Source: Schizochytrium sp. TIO01 (Eukaryota; Protista; Bigyra: Labyrinthulomycetes). From it: a stretch of DNA of 64,000 nt. Under the pieces are notes generated by a model, which searched no databases, was not told where the DNA came from, and saw only the letters and a program-made list of their open reading frames with translations. The position numbers and the translations under genes were made by a program. The stretch spans positions 930,001 to 994,000 of the forward strand of contig SMSO01000033.1 in assembly GCA_004764695.1 (NCBI GenBank), read 5' to 3'. Shown here in pieces: positions 32,407-44,600 of the stretch. Each line of letters begins with the position of its first letter. The stretch's first letter is position 1.

Positions 32407-33546
32407 TTAAAAGGCCAGAGCAGCCACGGCGGTGGCAAGGAGCATGGGCACACCAAAGTTGGCGGCACCAGAGGGGGAGTCGCTGCTGCCAGCATCATTA
32501 GTGGTGGCGGCAGTGGGGGCGACAGTGGGTGAGCCAGTCTCGCCATCGGCAACGGGGCTGGCAGTGGGGGCAGCAGAGGGGGCGCTAGTGGTCTCAGAGG
32601 TGGGGCTACCAGTCTCACCCTCTTCGGTGGGGGCCTCAGTGGGTGCCTCGGTGGACTCAGTAGATCCGTACGAGTCGTCACCGGGGGAGGCAGTGGGGGC
32701 AGCAGTGTAAGGGTCGGTGGTGTCCTCGCAGAATCCCCACTCGTAGGTCTTGTCGGTGTACTCGCCGTCACTCATCTGGTTCGGGTTGTAGCCGAGAGTG
32801 CCGTCACCCTGCTCGAGGAAGCACCAGTACTTCTGCTCGTAGTCGGGCACGTTGGAGAGGTCGAGGCCTTCAGTGTTAGGCTTGTAGTCCGCAAAGGGAA
32901 GGCATGAAGAGGCCACACCGAAAGCAACACCGCCGTTGCCATTGGTGTTGTTGTTGTAGTTCCAGGTGCCAGCGCAAGGGTAGCCGGCCTCGTTGTGGCT
33001 CTCGTCGGCCTTGGAGTAACCGGCAATGCTGACGTACTGGTAGGTGGTCTCGCCATCGGTTTCCTCGGAGCAGTAAGCCCACTCGTCCCACTTGTCCTCG
33101 TTGGCAGACTTACCGTTGTAGATGGCGAGTCCTGCGCTGGCAGAGTTACTGGAGCCGTCGTTCACCTCACCAATGTAGCACCACATGTCAGTGGAGTCAA
33201 AGGCGGTAGGGTCAGAGTCAGCGTCGAAGGATGCACGGGGCAAAGAGGTGCTCTCAGAGCCAGAGTCGGAAACGTTGTAGCAGCCGTTCACGGTGGTAGT
33301 TCCGTCGTCGGTTTTAATGCTCCATGAGTCGGTAGTGCCAGTGGTGAATGTGCAGTTGCCGGAAGCGATACCGCTGGGGCCACCGCTGGCAACAATGGTG
33401 GTCACACCAGAGCCGCCGACGGTGATCTCCTCCTGGGCGGTGTAAGAGGTCCAGGTGTCGGTGGTCGGGTTCTCGATTTCGAAGGCGTTGGCCTGGGCAG
33501 TGGCGAGGGCCAGCACGGTGGCGGCGATCTGCAAGGAGAACTGCAT
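32407..33546 (-). CDS. Secreted, probably GPI-anchored FN2-like surface glycoprotein (paralog B, 379 aa)
   Basis: ATG at 33546 (MQFSLQIAATVLALATAQANA). Same 8 Cys and blocks as paralog A (SGGPS, WCYIG, DKWDEWAYC, CLPFADYKPNT.GLDLSNVPDYEQKYWCFLEQ, YEWGFCEDTTDPYT). Acidic TEAPT stalk; C-terminus GVPMLLATAVAALAF. Confidence 0.9.
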   Translation of the reverse strand: MQFSLQIAATVLALATAQANAFEIENPTTDTWTSYTAQEEITVGGSGVTTIVASGGPSGIASGNCTFTTGTTDSWSIKTDDGTTTVNGCYNVSDSGSESTSLPRASFDADSDPTAFDSTDMWCYIGEVNDGSSNSASAGLAIYNGKSANEDKWDEWAYCSEETDGETTYQYVSIAGYSKADESHNEAGYPCAGTWNYNNNTNGNGGVAFGVASSCLPFADYKPNTEGLDLSNVPDYEQKYWCFLEQGDGTLGYNPNQMSDGEYTDKTYEWGFCEDTTDPYTAAPTASPGDDSYGSTESTEAPTEAPTEEGETGSPTSETTSAPSAAPTASPVADGETGSPTVAPTAATTNDAGSSDSPSGAANFGVPMLLATAVAALAF

Positions 33547-35803
33547 CTTGTGGACTTTGGTTTGTTGTTGACTGACTGCCGAGGGCAAGCAAGCTTCAAT
33601 CACCAAGGTTTTGCTGTTGCGTAAGCTTGTAGGTTCGAGAAGAGTACAAGCAGACAAGGCTATCCTTGAGCTGCTGTTGGTTGGTTGGTTGGTCGGTTGG
33701 TCGTGTTTGGGTTTTGCTGCTCTTGGCGGCTCACGATTTGAGTTTGCTCTTGTCGCCGACGCCGATCATGGATCGATAGGAGAGCTCTCTTGTTTCCAAT
33801 TGTTATCTTCACAGAAGAGTCTCTTTGCTTCTTCTTTTTATTTAAAAGAATCATATAAATATGTATATATATTTATATATACATTAAAATAGTAATAAAA
33901 ATAAATAAATAAATAACTATAATAAAAAAAATACAAAGAACATTACCAATTATGTATGTGGAGGAGGAATCCTTTCCCCCGCTGTTCTTCTTGTTTCCCT
34001 CACAAACAACAACAAAAACAACAACAAAGCGTCAGCAGACTTTTTTCTTTTCTGGCAGTCGGTGGGATCAGTCACACCATCACAGCATTAAAAAACAAAA
34101 ACAAAACAAAACAAAACATAGTTTTTAAAGTAAAAGCTCTTCTAGTTCATTAAAAAAAAAAAACTTAAAAAAAAACTTGAACATTTTCACTTTACAGACA
34201 AATTCCAAATTTGTGAGCTAGCCATTTACGAAATAGAACGGCACGAGAGAAGAAGTTTAAAAGAACAAGCCAAATCCAAAAGCTCTCCACCAGCTCAAGA
34301 AAGAGGCGCGCACGCCTTAAGCCCCGCACCACCCAGACCAGACACAGACAGCCCAACGACGTCGCTCCCCTCTCTCTCGCCCACGATTCGAGATCGAATC
34401 CCTGTCTCTCTTCCTGCCTGCCTGCCTGCCTGCCAACTAGCAAAACCACCGCCGCTAAGTTCTCTTTTCCGCTCTCTCTCTTCCTTTCCATCCCATTCAT
34501 CTCGCGCGTTCCAAAATCAGCGAAACCAGGGGACGGCTGCCATGCGTCCAATGGTGTTCTCTCCTGGCCGCGCACGCCTCTGATATGATGAGAGGGACTC
34601 CGCAGGAAGTTACTTTATTCGTTTCAATTTTGAAAAGACAGAGAGAACGCAATGCACTGGTGCTCCGTCAGGCTCCTAGTCGCTGCTAGATGGCGCCTAG
34701 GAGCATGAAATCGCCAAGGATCGTGGAGCGAGGAAGGCCTGGAACCCAGCTTTCTCTGTCTTCGCTGACTGACTGGCTAGCGGCTGACTTGTCTGAGTGC
34801 TTGCTTGCTTGCTCGCTGACTGGCTGACTGACTGCCTGGCTGCCTGGCTGACTGCCTAACTGACTGACTGACTGCCTAGCTTACTAAACCACTGACTTAC
34901 TTACTTGCTGACTGGCCGGCTGCTCCCTCAGCTCTGCTCCTTTGTGGCTCCTCTCAGTCTGTAATGAGCTCTGTTCTTCGTTCTTTCTTTCTCGTTTCTC
35001 TTGCCTCTCCTTTTTTTCTTTTCTTTTAATCTTTTCACTTGATGGACTGGAGTTCGGAAAATATTTATTGACTTATAGATTAATTTTTATGTTTAAAAAC
35101 AAATTAAATTAAAAAATAATAAAAGAGAGTAAAAATAGAACGAGACAAAACACAGACGACGAAAAAAGAGAAAGAAAGAAAGAAAGAAAGAAAGAACGTT
35201 GATGTTCGCGTTCTTTCTTTTCCATTTCTTCTTAGAAACCGCCCTTCCTCCCCCACTTCGATTTGAAAAACAGTGCAGACGCTCTCACAGCTAGCTGCCT
35301 TGGCTTCGGGTTTCTTTTCTCTTTCGCTTCAACAAATACTTTCTAAGTCCATTCCGCTCGCATAATAACAGGCGCGAGTCTCCTATCCTGCGCTTCCTCT
35401 CACCACCTTTCTTATTTTTTATATTTGATTTGATTCTTTTTTTTTTTTTTTTAATATTAAAAAAATTACAAATACATATTTTAAAAAGAATAGTTAGATA
35501 TAATATAATCTTCGTAAAGGGGTTACGAAGGAACAGCCTCAAAAGGAAACAAAGAACAGCAATGCACGCCAATAAAACAGAACACCTCGTTTCATGATTC
35601 TCAGACAGAACATTGCAGCGTTCTGAGAGTCTCGTGAAACCATGAAACTCCAGCACCGTCGTCGATACTAATCCTCGAGGCGAAGCGAGTGCTGCCTGCC
35701 TGCCTGCCTGCTTTCTCTGGCATGCATATGCCACGGCGGTCTTTCCGTTATGATGGAGGAACTCGCTTCTCCATCTCAGCAAGCACGCGAGCTCGCTAGC
35801 TAA

Positions 35804-35834
<31 letters not shown>

Positions 35835-38824
35835 GTGAGCCTTTGTGTGGATGGACTCACTCGCGCTTCTCGAGGTCGATGATCGCGAGCGGAAGGGAGT
35901 CAAACTTGAGCGAGCGAGCAGGCAAGAGGCAAGAAGCGTGAGCCGACTATCTCTTCCCCGCCAGGCCGGCTGCTGCCTTCCTTCCCTCGTCGCGCTGTCC
36001 CCTCATCATGCCTCGCATGCATGTCTCCACCGCTACGAAGTCGTTCGTCCTCCGTCATCTCCGCGCTTTCGAGCGAGCGAGACCACGTGCGTGCGTGGGT
36101 GAGTGAGTGAAGACGGACTCCACGTGCAGGCCCTGCTGCTTGGAGCGCAGGGTTCACCTCCTGCCGGAGCGATCGGTTCATCGTCTCAGCTCGCAGGCTC
36201 GGGAACTCATAAGCTCGTGAACTCGTGTCAAGCATATGGCCCAGCTGCAGGATGACCTGATCCCTGCGCTGCGCAGTTCTTCGAGAGCGGGGGTGGGTGA
36301 TGATTGCACTACGCACAAGGACGTCCACCGACAGCTGCCATCGTAAGCCTGGTTCCTGTCCACGAGCCCGCTCTCAACGAGCAACAACGCGGCGGAGACC
36401 TACAGAGAAGCAGCTATAAGCTGGCCTCTTCTCTGTCTGCATGTATGCACGTAGACATCATCGATGTATTCTGTAGTTCCATCGTTCTGGCGTGCGCCAT
36501 CTTTCGGGCTCCAGATACATCCGTGCGATAGCTAGCGTGCGTGCTTGCTTGCGTGCGTGTCTATGCATGAGTGGATGGATCTGTCTGTACATATCGCGGC
36601 GATGGCCTTGCATTCAGTCTTCGAGCAGCCACAGCCCACTTGGTTCTCTTGGTTCGCTGGCGCTCGAGGACATGATCAAGGTCGCTGACTCCAAGGCCCT
36701 CCGAACCAAGAACCAACCCTCAAAGAGTCCTCAAAGAGTCGGGTTCTGCCGCTCGATCGCTCATTTTCGACGCCCTTGGATCAGCAGATTTCAAGCGAGT
36801 GCCGTAGCAATCAATGGTGGATGGAATTCCAAAAGAACGCTTTCGAAATCGTCAGCGCAAGAGAACGCCACTGCGGCTCCATATTACTGACGAGTATCAC
36901 TTATCGCATTCATTTGGCGGCCCCCTCTTCTTCGCTGTTTACAAAAGCCAAGCTTTCACTGTTCTTTGTTGATCGGATGCGAGTTTTGGGGTCGCTCTGG
37001 TGTTCTTTTCAACCACTCTCTCTCTCTCCCTCTCTCTACTTTTATTTTATTTTTAAACAACAGCAAAGAGTTTAAAACTTTAAAATTTACATTTACATTT
37101 AAACTCGAACAAGACTTCCCGCGATACATGCATATTTTTCAAAGTAAGAACTCGCAAAAAGGGGACCGACTGACTGATCATTCATCTGAAGCGAATGAAG
37201 GAAGTGCTGGCTCCTCAAATCGTCAAGTACAGTTCGCGCATCAAAACGAAGTACTATTGCGAGTCAGTCATTCACAGCGCGAAATGAATGAATAGTGGAA
37301 CAGGAACGGGACCCATTGCAGGAGTCCTGTCCTCCGAGGTCCGAGGCCAACTTGAAGAGAACCGATCTCGAGCTTGAGTGCTGAAGGCCCTCTTGAGGGT
37401 TGAGGTATCGAGGAGGACGCTGCAAAAGCTGGAGGTCGGCAGCGCGGAGCGGTGGAGATTTCCTCGCGAGGCTGCCTTTGAAGAGGCGGCATGATCGATC
37501 GTGGGCAGGGCTGACAGATATCTTTATCAAAGACAAAGGCAAAGACAAAAAAACAAACAAAAAGAAACAGCGTTCACAGCGTTCAAAGCGAAGAACATTT
37601 CCTCAAGTTAAAAACAAACTAGCAAACAAACAAACGAACAAACAAACAAATAAAAGTACTTCTCTTTCAAAGGACAGAAAGAACACCTCTCGCGAAACAG
37701 CCATCATGTACAATGCACCTTGGTTGGTAGCTGCTATGTTCTGAGCGGCAGCGCAAGAGAATAAGGGCGTGAGAAAGCGCGGGCCGGCTGCCTCGCTGAG
37801 AAGTGCGCTCGCGGTGCATCACTTGAGCGCTGGCAGTGCCACGATAGATAGATAGATAAATAAATAAATAGATAAATAGATAGACAAATAGACGAGCACT
37901 TTTGCTTGATCGCAGTTTTCGGCGTTGAAGAGGCGCTAAATGTTCTTTTGATTGATTTGCGAACCTTTTCAAGCAAGAGACAAACACTTTTTTTTTTCTT
38001 TTGTTCATAAACTCTGAAAAAAGCTTGCCAAGCTTTGAATGAAAAACATTTATTTTGAAAAAAAGATTTTAAAAAAAGTTTATTCCATCCATCCCACGCG
38101 AGGAAGACTTTGGAACGCTAAAGGGAGTTTTGTGCGAGGAAGAAGAACGGCGCTTGACGGATACACTCTTTATTTATTGTATATAATAAATAATAAATAT
38201 TTTTATTTTTATTTTTCTATTTCCCAGGCTTTCCATTTTTGTCTGTCTGAGCAATCAAAGTAAAAAGAATGTCCCTTGGTGAGAGTGGAAGGACAGGAAG
38301 GCTTCTGACTATCTCGCTGCAGCTGACCGTGCTCTCGGTCCACCTTTCCCACGGGTCTACCTCGATACGCTAGACGCCCTTGCTTGAGCCACTGACCGGC
38401 GCCGTCAACGGAGGCGGTTTCTCGAGCTGCTCGAAACGGCCTTTCTTTGTTCCCCATGAGTGGTTTCCGATGATACTTTTTCCTGCTTTCCTAAAGATTT
38501 CCCATCCCAGGAAAAACCTTTTATTTTTTTAATTAAAAAAATAAATAAAAAATAAAAATAGTGTTACTCAAAGAGTTATCTCTCTCTCTATATATATGTG
38601 TGATTTAAATAATAATGTAGAATTGTTAGCTATTATTCCTTTCAACGGAGAACTACATAACCCTCAGCAGTGAGTAAGAACAGAGTTAAGACTCACTCCG
38701 TCACTCCTTTCCCTCGTTACTCTTGCCGCCTTAGAAAAGGGATGGAAGTGGGAAAAGAGCCCAAAATGCAGGACCTCAGCTTCTCTTTGCTCGCTTTGCT
38801 CTCTTTCCTCCTCTGCTTGACAGG

Positions 38825-38926
38825 GCAGAGCAGAGCAGAGCAGAGCAGAGCAGAGCAGAGCAGAGCAGAGCAGAGCAGAGCAGAGCAGAGCAGAGCAGAG
38901 CAGAGCAGAGCAGAGCAGAGCAGAGC
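38825..38926. repeat. (GCAGA)n pentanucleotide microsatellite, ~20 perfect copies
   Basis: Directly visible perfect array. Confidence 0.95.
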
Positions 38927-40560
38927 CAAGCTGTGTCTCGGAAACCTCAATCTAGCACGTATCAAATCTAGCTAGAGTATGTATCAGTGAGGGGAAAAGA
39001 AAGAAAGAAAGAAAGAAAGCGGATCAGCCTGCGAGGCTTCCCCAGCGCTGTTATCTCCGAGAAGAACGAGGCCGCCCCAAAAAGAACGCGGCCAAGGCAA
39101 GAAGGTGGGCGGCCACAAAAGTACGGAACGCGGGGCGTAACAGCTGATACAGGAAGACGCGGGCGCCTGCCTGGGCCCGTAAAACCGGTGGAGGCAGGCG
39201 GCGCCGCTCACGAGCACAGGAAACGACGTGTCTGCTGCTGACTGGCCACGTAGAGAGTCAGACAGGCAGGTATGCCCTGCTCTCTCAGCCTGCGTCCCGA
39301 TAAGCGAGGAGCGAAAGGCCCGTTCTGAGCCGAGGGAATGAATGAATGAATGAATGAATGAATGAATTGATTGAATCTTGGGCAAAAATATCTTTCGTCT
39401 CTCTGTTCTGTTCACCTCGGCAGCTAAGGAACGTCTGTGGGGGGTGTGTATTCCGCGGCGTCTCGCCATCATGAGGTGGAGACAGACTCCCTTCTCGAGA
39501 ATGGCTGCTGTGAGACGAGACAAGGCCGCGTGAGGGAGGCAGGGAGGGAGGGAGGTCATGGCATGTCTGCTGCATGCACGAGCAGTGTTCAGAACGGGCT
39601 CTTGGTTCTCGCAAGCCCATCGGTGATCGGTTTTATCGCCTCGACAGCCTCGCAGCAGCGGTTAGTTCTGGAGGGGTGTGTGGGTGTGCGAACCTATGAG
39701 CGTACGTACGCACGTACGATATACATTATATATATCCAAAGATACAAACAAACAAACAAACAAACTGACAAACAAACAAACTGACAAATAACTGTATTCT
39801 ATTTACTCGCACATGTTTCGATGCATGTGATGGATAGAAAAGGAGAGAGAGAAAAAAGAAAGAAAGATACAGAATTCCCCCAAAACTTGAGCGAATGACG
39901 GACCACGGCAAAGTCTTCTTGCGCCTGCAGGTTTCAGGGCACAGCGGTCACCAAAAGGGCACGCAAGCAGCTGCCGAGCAGAGGACGTTTCGGCGCCTCC
40001 GCGAGCCTCGCTTGCTCGTCGCCTACGCTGCTTTTGCTGCTGCTGGTGCCTTGAAAAGGCTCGTCTTGAAAACCACCCCAGGCTCGCAGGGCTCCTCCAT
40101 CTTGGGCTCGATCGATTGACTATTGATTTGTTTTCAATTTTGAAAATTTTAATTAAATAGAGCACAATAGAAGCTCATTCATTTCTTCGTTGGTTATCTA
40201 TCACTTATCGCTACTGATGAGTGTTCGAAATTTGTTCCGTTCAAATTTCGATTCTTTCCTCTTATTCGGGCTAAATCCTGTGTGTCCCGCACACCCTGCC
40301 TTCCTTGGAGCTAGTCGCGATGGATTGATTCTTGTTTGACTTTGCTGCCGCTATTCTTGTGCGCCACTCGTTCCGGGCAGAGAGAAGCTGACTGAGCTGC
40401 TGCCAGAGGGTCTCTCAGGCCTCTCACCGCCGCCGCATGTACGTCTTTCTTTGCCTGCGCCATCGAAACAATCACCGTTGACGAATTCATTCATGCATTC
40501 ATTCTCTAGCTAGATCAACTTGCTAGTTCGTGCGTACGAACACAGACTGTCTCCTTTTTC

Positions 40561-40591
<31 letters not shown>

Positions 40592-41627
40592 TTTCTTTGC
40601 AGCGCCAGCCAAAAACCCATCTTCAGGGCACTCCGCGGAGGGTCCAAGCGAACCGCAGACCAAGTTTGAATGGAACAGTCCAAGCCACCAAAGCGAGAGA
40701 AAGGAAGTTGGGCCAAGCAAAAGCCATCGCAAAGCGAAAGCACAAAGCACTCATCTCAGAACTTGCAGCGAGAACAGGAGTGGAGCCATTAAACAGGCGC
40801 CCTCACTCCCTCTCTCCCTCACTCCTTACCTCACAGAAGTTAGAACGTTCAAAAGTGCCTCTTAAAGTGCCTACTACTAGAAGGTCAGCGGTATAGACAT
40901 ATAGACATGATGGCCTTCTAGCCAGGCATAGACTATCTGTCTATGCCAGAACTCCCTGTTCTCGAAGAGAGGCCATGGCAGAAACTGAGTTCTGGTTCAG
41001 CTCCCAAGTTTCCTTCTTTCTCTCTGAACCCACAAATTCAAGGCGTGCTCCTTCCATGAGGCCTTTTAGTCACATCCTCTTTGACAGAAAAGACAAACTA
41101 CTACTTCGACTCCTATCTTGCGAGTAGAGAGGAGGAACACTTTCAGATCTTTTTGAGTTGGTTGCCACACACCGTCGTTCTTCTCTGAGTGTTCTTTCTT
41201 TCTTTCTCTCTCTCTCTCTCTCTCTTTATTTAATTTAATTTAATCTAAAACAAAGAACTTTTTTTAAAATTAAAAAATGTATTTAAATTAAAATAAATCA
41301 TCCTGGTATCCTAACTTTACAATTATATTAAAAAACATAGAAATTGAGGTATCATGAACTCAAGTTGAAAGTGCTTTCTTTCGTCTGTGCAGGCGATGGT
41401 GGTGTGGATGTCGAAGTATATCCATCTCTGGCATCTCCTGCCTCGTGTTCGTTTCACGTTTCACACCGTGCGGATAAGTCGCCGCACGCTCGCGCACGAT
41501 TTTTGCCACTCCTGCAACAAGTAAGTAAGTGACTGCGTTTCCTTTCTTCTTGCCGCTTGAACTCCTCCTCCTTCGCACAAATGGGAATGGACTTTCTTTC
41601 TTCCACCATGAGATCTCGCGGCTCGTT

Positions 41628-41684
41628 GAACAAGAACAACAACAAGAACAACAACAAGAACAACAACAAGAACAACAACAAGAA
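41628..41684. repeat. (GAACAACAACAA)n 12-mer repeat
   Basis: About four tandem copies visible. Confidence 0.85.
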
Positions 41685-44600
41685 ATGGCGCCTCAACTCT
41701 TGAAACTGGTCGGCCATGTTCTCAAAGACGCCTCAATCAGACGAGCCAAGAGAAGAACGAATCAAGGTCTGGCTAGTTCGCTAGAAAGATGAACGGCTGT
41801 GCGTTTGCAACAGTCAGCAAAGCCTTTGAAAGGTGAGCAATCGATCGATCGATCGCACCTCCTCTCCTCGTGGCGTGATCGTCAAGCTTTCATGATTGAT
41901 GCCATGCCATCCTCAAGTTCGAACAGACAGACCTCTTCTACTGCAGTCCACTCCACGCTTTCTCGTGATCTTCAAGACACGAGACCAGATTCTTCGACCG
42001 TAGTCGGCTCCCAGGGCTCTCATACCCTTCAAACGAGCAAAATGAAGAAAACGAAAACAAAAGCTGCTGCACTATCCACTTACAGGACCGCTAGGACCTA
42101 CTCCAGGGGTACTTACTTACTCTGATTTACTTACTTACTTACTTACTTACTTACCTACGCGGCTATTACGCGCTAAGCAGATGTGGGGTTGGCGTGATTA
42201 TGGAGGTCTCCGGAACTCGGCAGGAACGAAGTGTATCTATCTCTCTAAGGAAGGAAGGGAGTAAAGACAAGCAGGGAAGCTGGAGATTGGTTTTCGAAAG
42301 TTGCACGAGAAAGGCCCTCTTCACCGCAAGTGCGGTGGAGCTGCGATCACTCACTCACTGCAGCATCCCTGTGCTGCTTGTTGTGAAAGAGGCGATTCTG
42401 ATTCTTTCCTCGGGGTTCCTCTCAACAAGGTTAGCTTGTCGAGGATATAGGCCGGCTGGAATTACAAGTGAGCAAGCGAAATTGAATACATTTCCTCGTG
42501 AAAGTTGCCAAAAGGTTCCCCGACAGGCACTTACTTACTTAGCTACTACCTACATGCCTGCCATCTCAGGCCTGTAGTCAATTGATCCAAAGTTCCTCCA
42601 AAAATTGATTCGTCGGGCTGTGACTTAAGTACCTTCTCCCAATGATGATGGTTGATCACAGCTGGCCAGCGAGTTTGGCGAAGTCGCGCGGAATTGCAAA
42701 AATTAACATTTAGCCTGCACAACCTACCCTCAGCCATGCCAATTGAAGGGCCGATTCACGCAAAGCGTTCTCGTGCGCGACTGGTTTATCCAGTCCACTT
42801 GCACTCCATTGTTTCCCGCCCTGGCGCTTGCTTGGTTTCTGCATCGACTTCATCGATAGTTTGATTGTTTTCAAGAATCCTGGCTCTAGAGAAGATTTAT
42901 GGCGGGTAATTTGCTTGGTATTATCGCATGCATAGAAGCGCTCGCACTTGCCGCGAGAGATGCTCTCATCCTAGCTAGCTAGAACCTACTCTGCAATTGG
43001 TTCTCTCTTGCTACCCGTGTTCTCACAAGATTCTTTAGATGCACAATGGTCTTAACTGCCATCATGATCGACGACTAATCGCACCTATCTAACTCTTACG
43101 CAGCCAAGATGGAGGGTGGTTTACGATGAGCCTCATTCTTCTCGTGTGCTACACTTTTTTTAATTAAATTAGATTTTAGCCTTTGCTCGCTCATTTTCTT
43201 TCGCCTCTACATCGCTGGAGTAAATGGATACCTGCCAGCTGGCTAGCTAGCGAGCTCACTGGGCCTTTTCTAAAACTGGAGAGGCGCCATCTTGGCTGGC
43301 AAGATAGTGGCGGCCTTTCTTTCCAGCCAGCCCTCTCTCAAGAGTAAACGGCACGGCAGGCAGTGCTTCTTCGCCTGCCCAGGGCCCGCTTCTTGTTTAC
43401 AAAGTCGTGCCGTTCAAGACTCGCACTGAGGCAGCCTGACATCAATCAATAGCAGAATCCCGTCCAACAGGAACGCAGTTCGTACCAAATCTAAGAATAA
43501 TAGTATTATTATTATTAGTTTTTTTATTATAATAGCACGATGGACACATCTATTTCGTCCCTTTAACGGCATGCATGACAAATTGACGCTTCACGCATAG
43601 TCTTTGAAAATGGGAACAGGCCAACACAGTTTCTTACAAGCTTGCAATAGGATACGTCGTCGCTACTGCACGATTCCAGGGCCGCTGCTGCCTGTCAGGA
43701 AAGCTCTTCCTTTCGTGTGCGATACTTCATGTTGTTCCACAGTAGCGTTTACTAGTAGTAGGAAAATGTTCTCCATCACTTTTTCCACCTACCACTGGGT
43801 GCATACATATATTAACTTTGAAACAAGAAGATCTGCTGGGAAAACAAGATGGCAGCCCAGGAGACAGCGCGGCATTGCATTAAAACTCTGACCGACCAGA
43901 GCGGAACTGAATAAGGTCCATGCATTGACTGGCATTTTATAGCAAGCTGCTGTCTTTCGTATTGAGGCAGTGAAGCAAATATCGAGAAGATGTTTACGTT
44001 TACACCAGCATAAAACAATAAAATAAGAATGATCGTGCGGCAGAAATTGGCTTGCAGCAATCCATGAGGAAATCTCGAGTTGCAAGAGCTCTTGCACTTT
44101 TAAAATACAGTTCCTTAGTTTCAAGATGTGGATTTGCGCTTGCGAGATGATTCTTTTCCGATGAAAGTTTAAAAAACTGCGGCATGTCGATTTCGCTACA
44201 GAAAGGACTAATTCCTCACACTATCGTATTCATTGTAACTTTAGGTAGTAGACGCTCAATTGTGGATGACGAGGAATGAATTAACCTGAGAGCGAGCGAC
44301 GGGAATTCTGCATCAGAAACGAAAAAGATTCAATGTAAACATCGTGACAAAAGAAGCAGAATAGAACACCCTTTCATTTAAAACTATTTTTACTATCGTT
44401 TTAATTAACTATTCTAAATATAAATGTTCTTTAGTCTTTTGCTCCTTCTTTCCCAGTTCACGCGAGAGTCTTTTCAAGCTGTTCTTTTCTACTTTTTCTA
44501 ATTTCTTTTTTTTTAATTCAAAATAATTATTCATAATTATTTTCAATTCTAAAAATATCCTTTTAGATGAGCGTTCACTTTGCTGCTGCCATGACTCTCC

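Noticed and set aside
35900-36390. GC-rich coding-like ORFs (142 aa and 69 aa) in the desert
   Set aside because: No recognisable motif or consistent codon bias, and they run into SSR-derived sequence.
42110-42155. (TTAC)n arrays reading as tandem GTAAGT splice donors on the minus strand
   Set aside because: Explained as ordinary tetranucleotide microsatellites, with no associated exon evidence.
43276-43326. Imperfect hairpin ctgga...gccatcttg/caagat...tccag
   Set aside because: Multiple bulges and too short for a miRNA-type precursor; compatible with chance.
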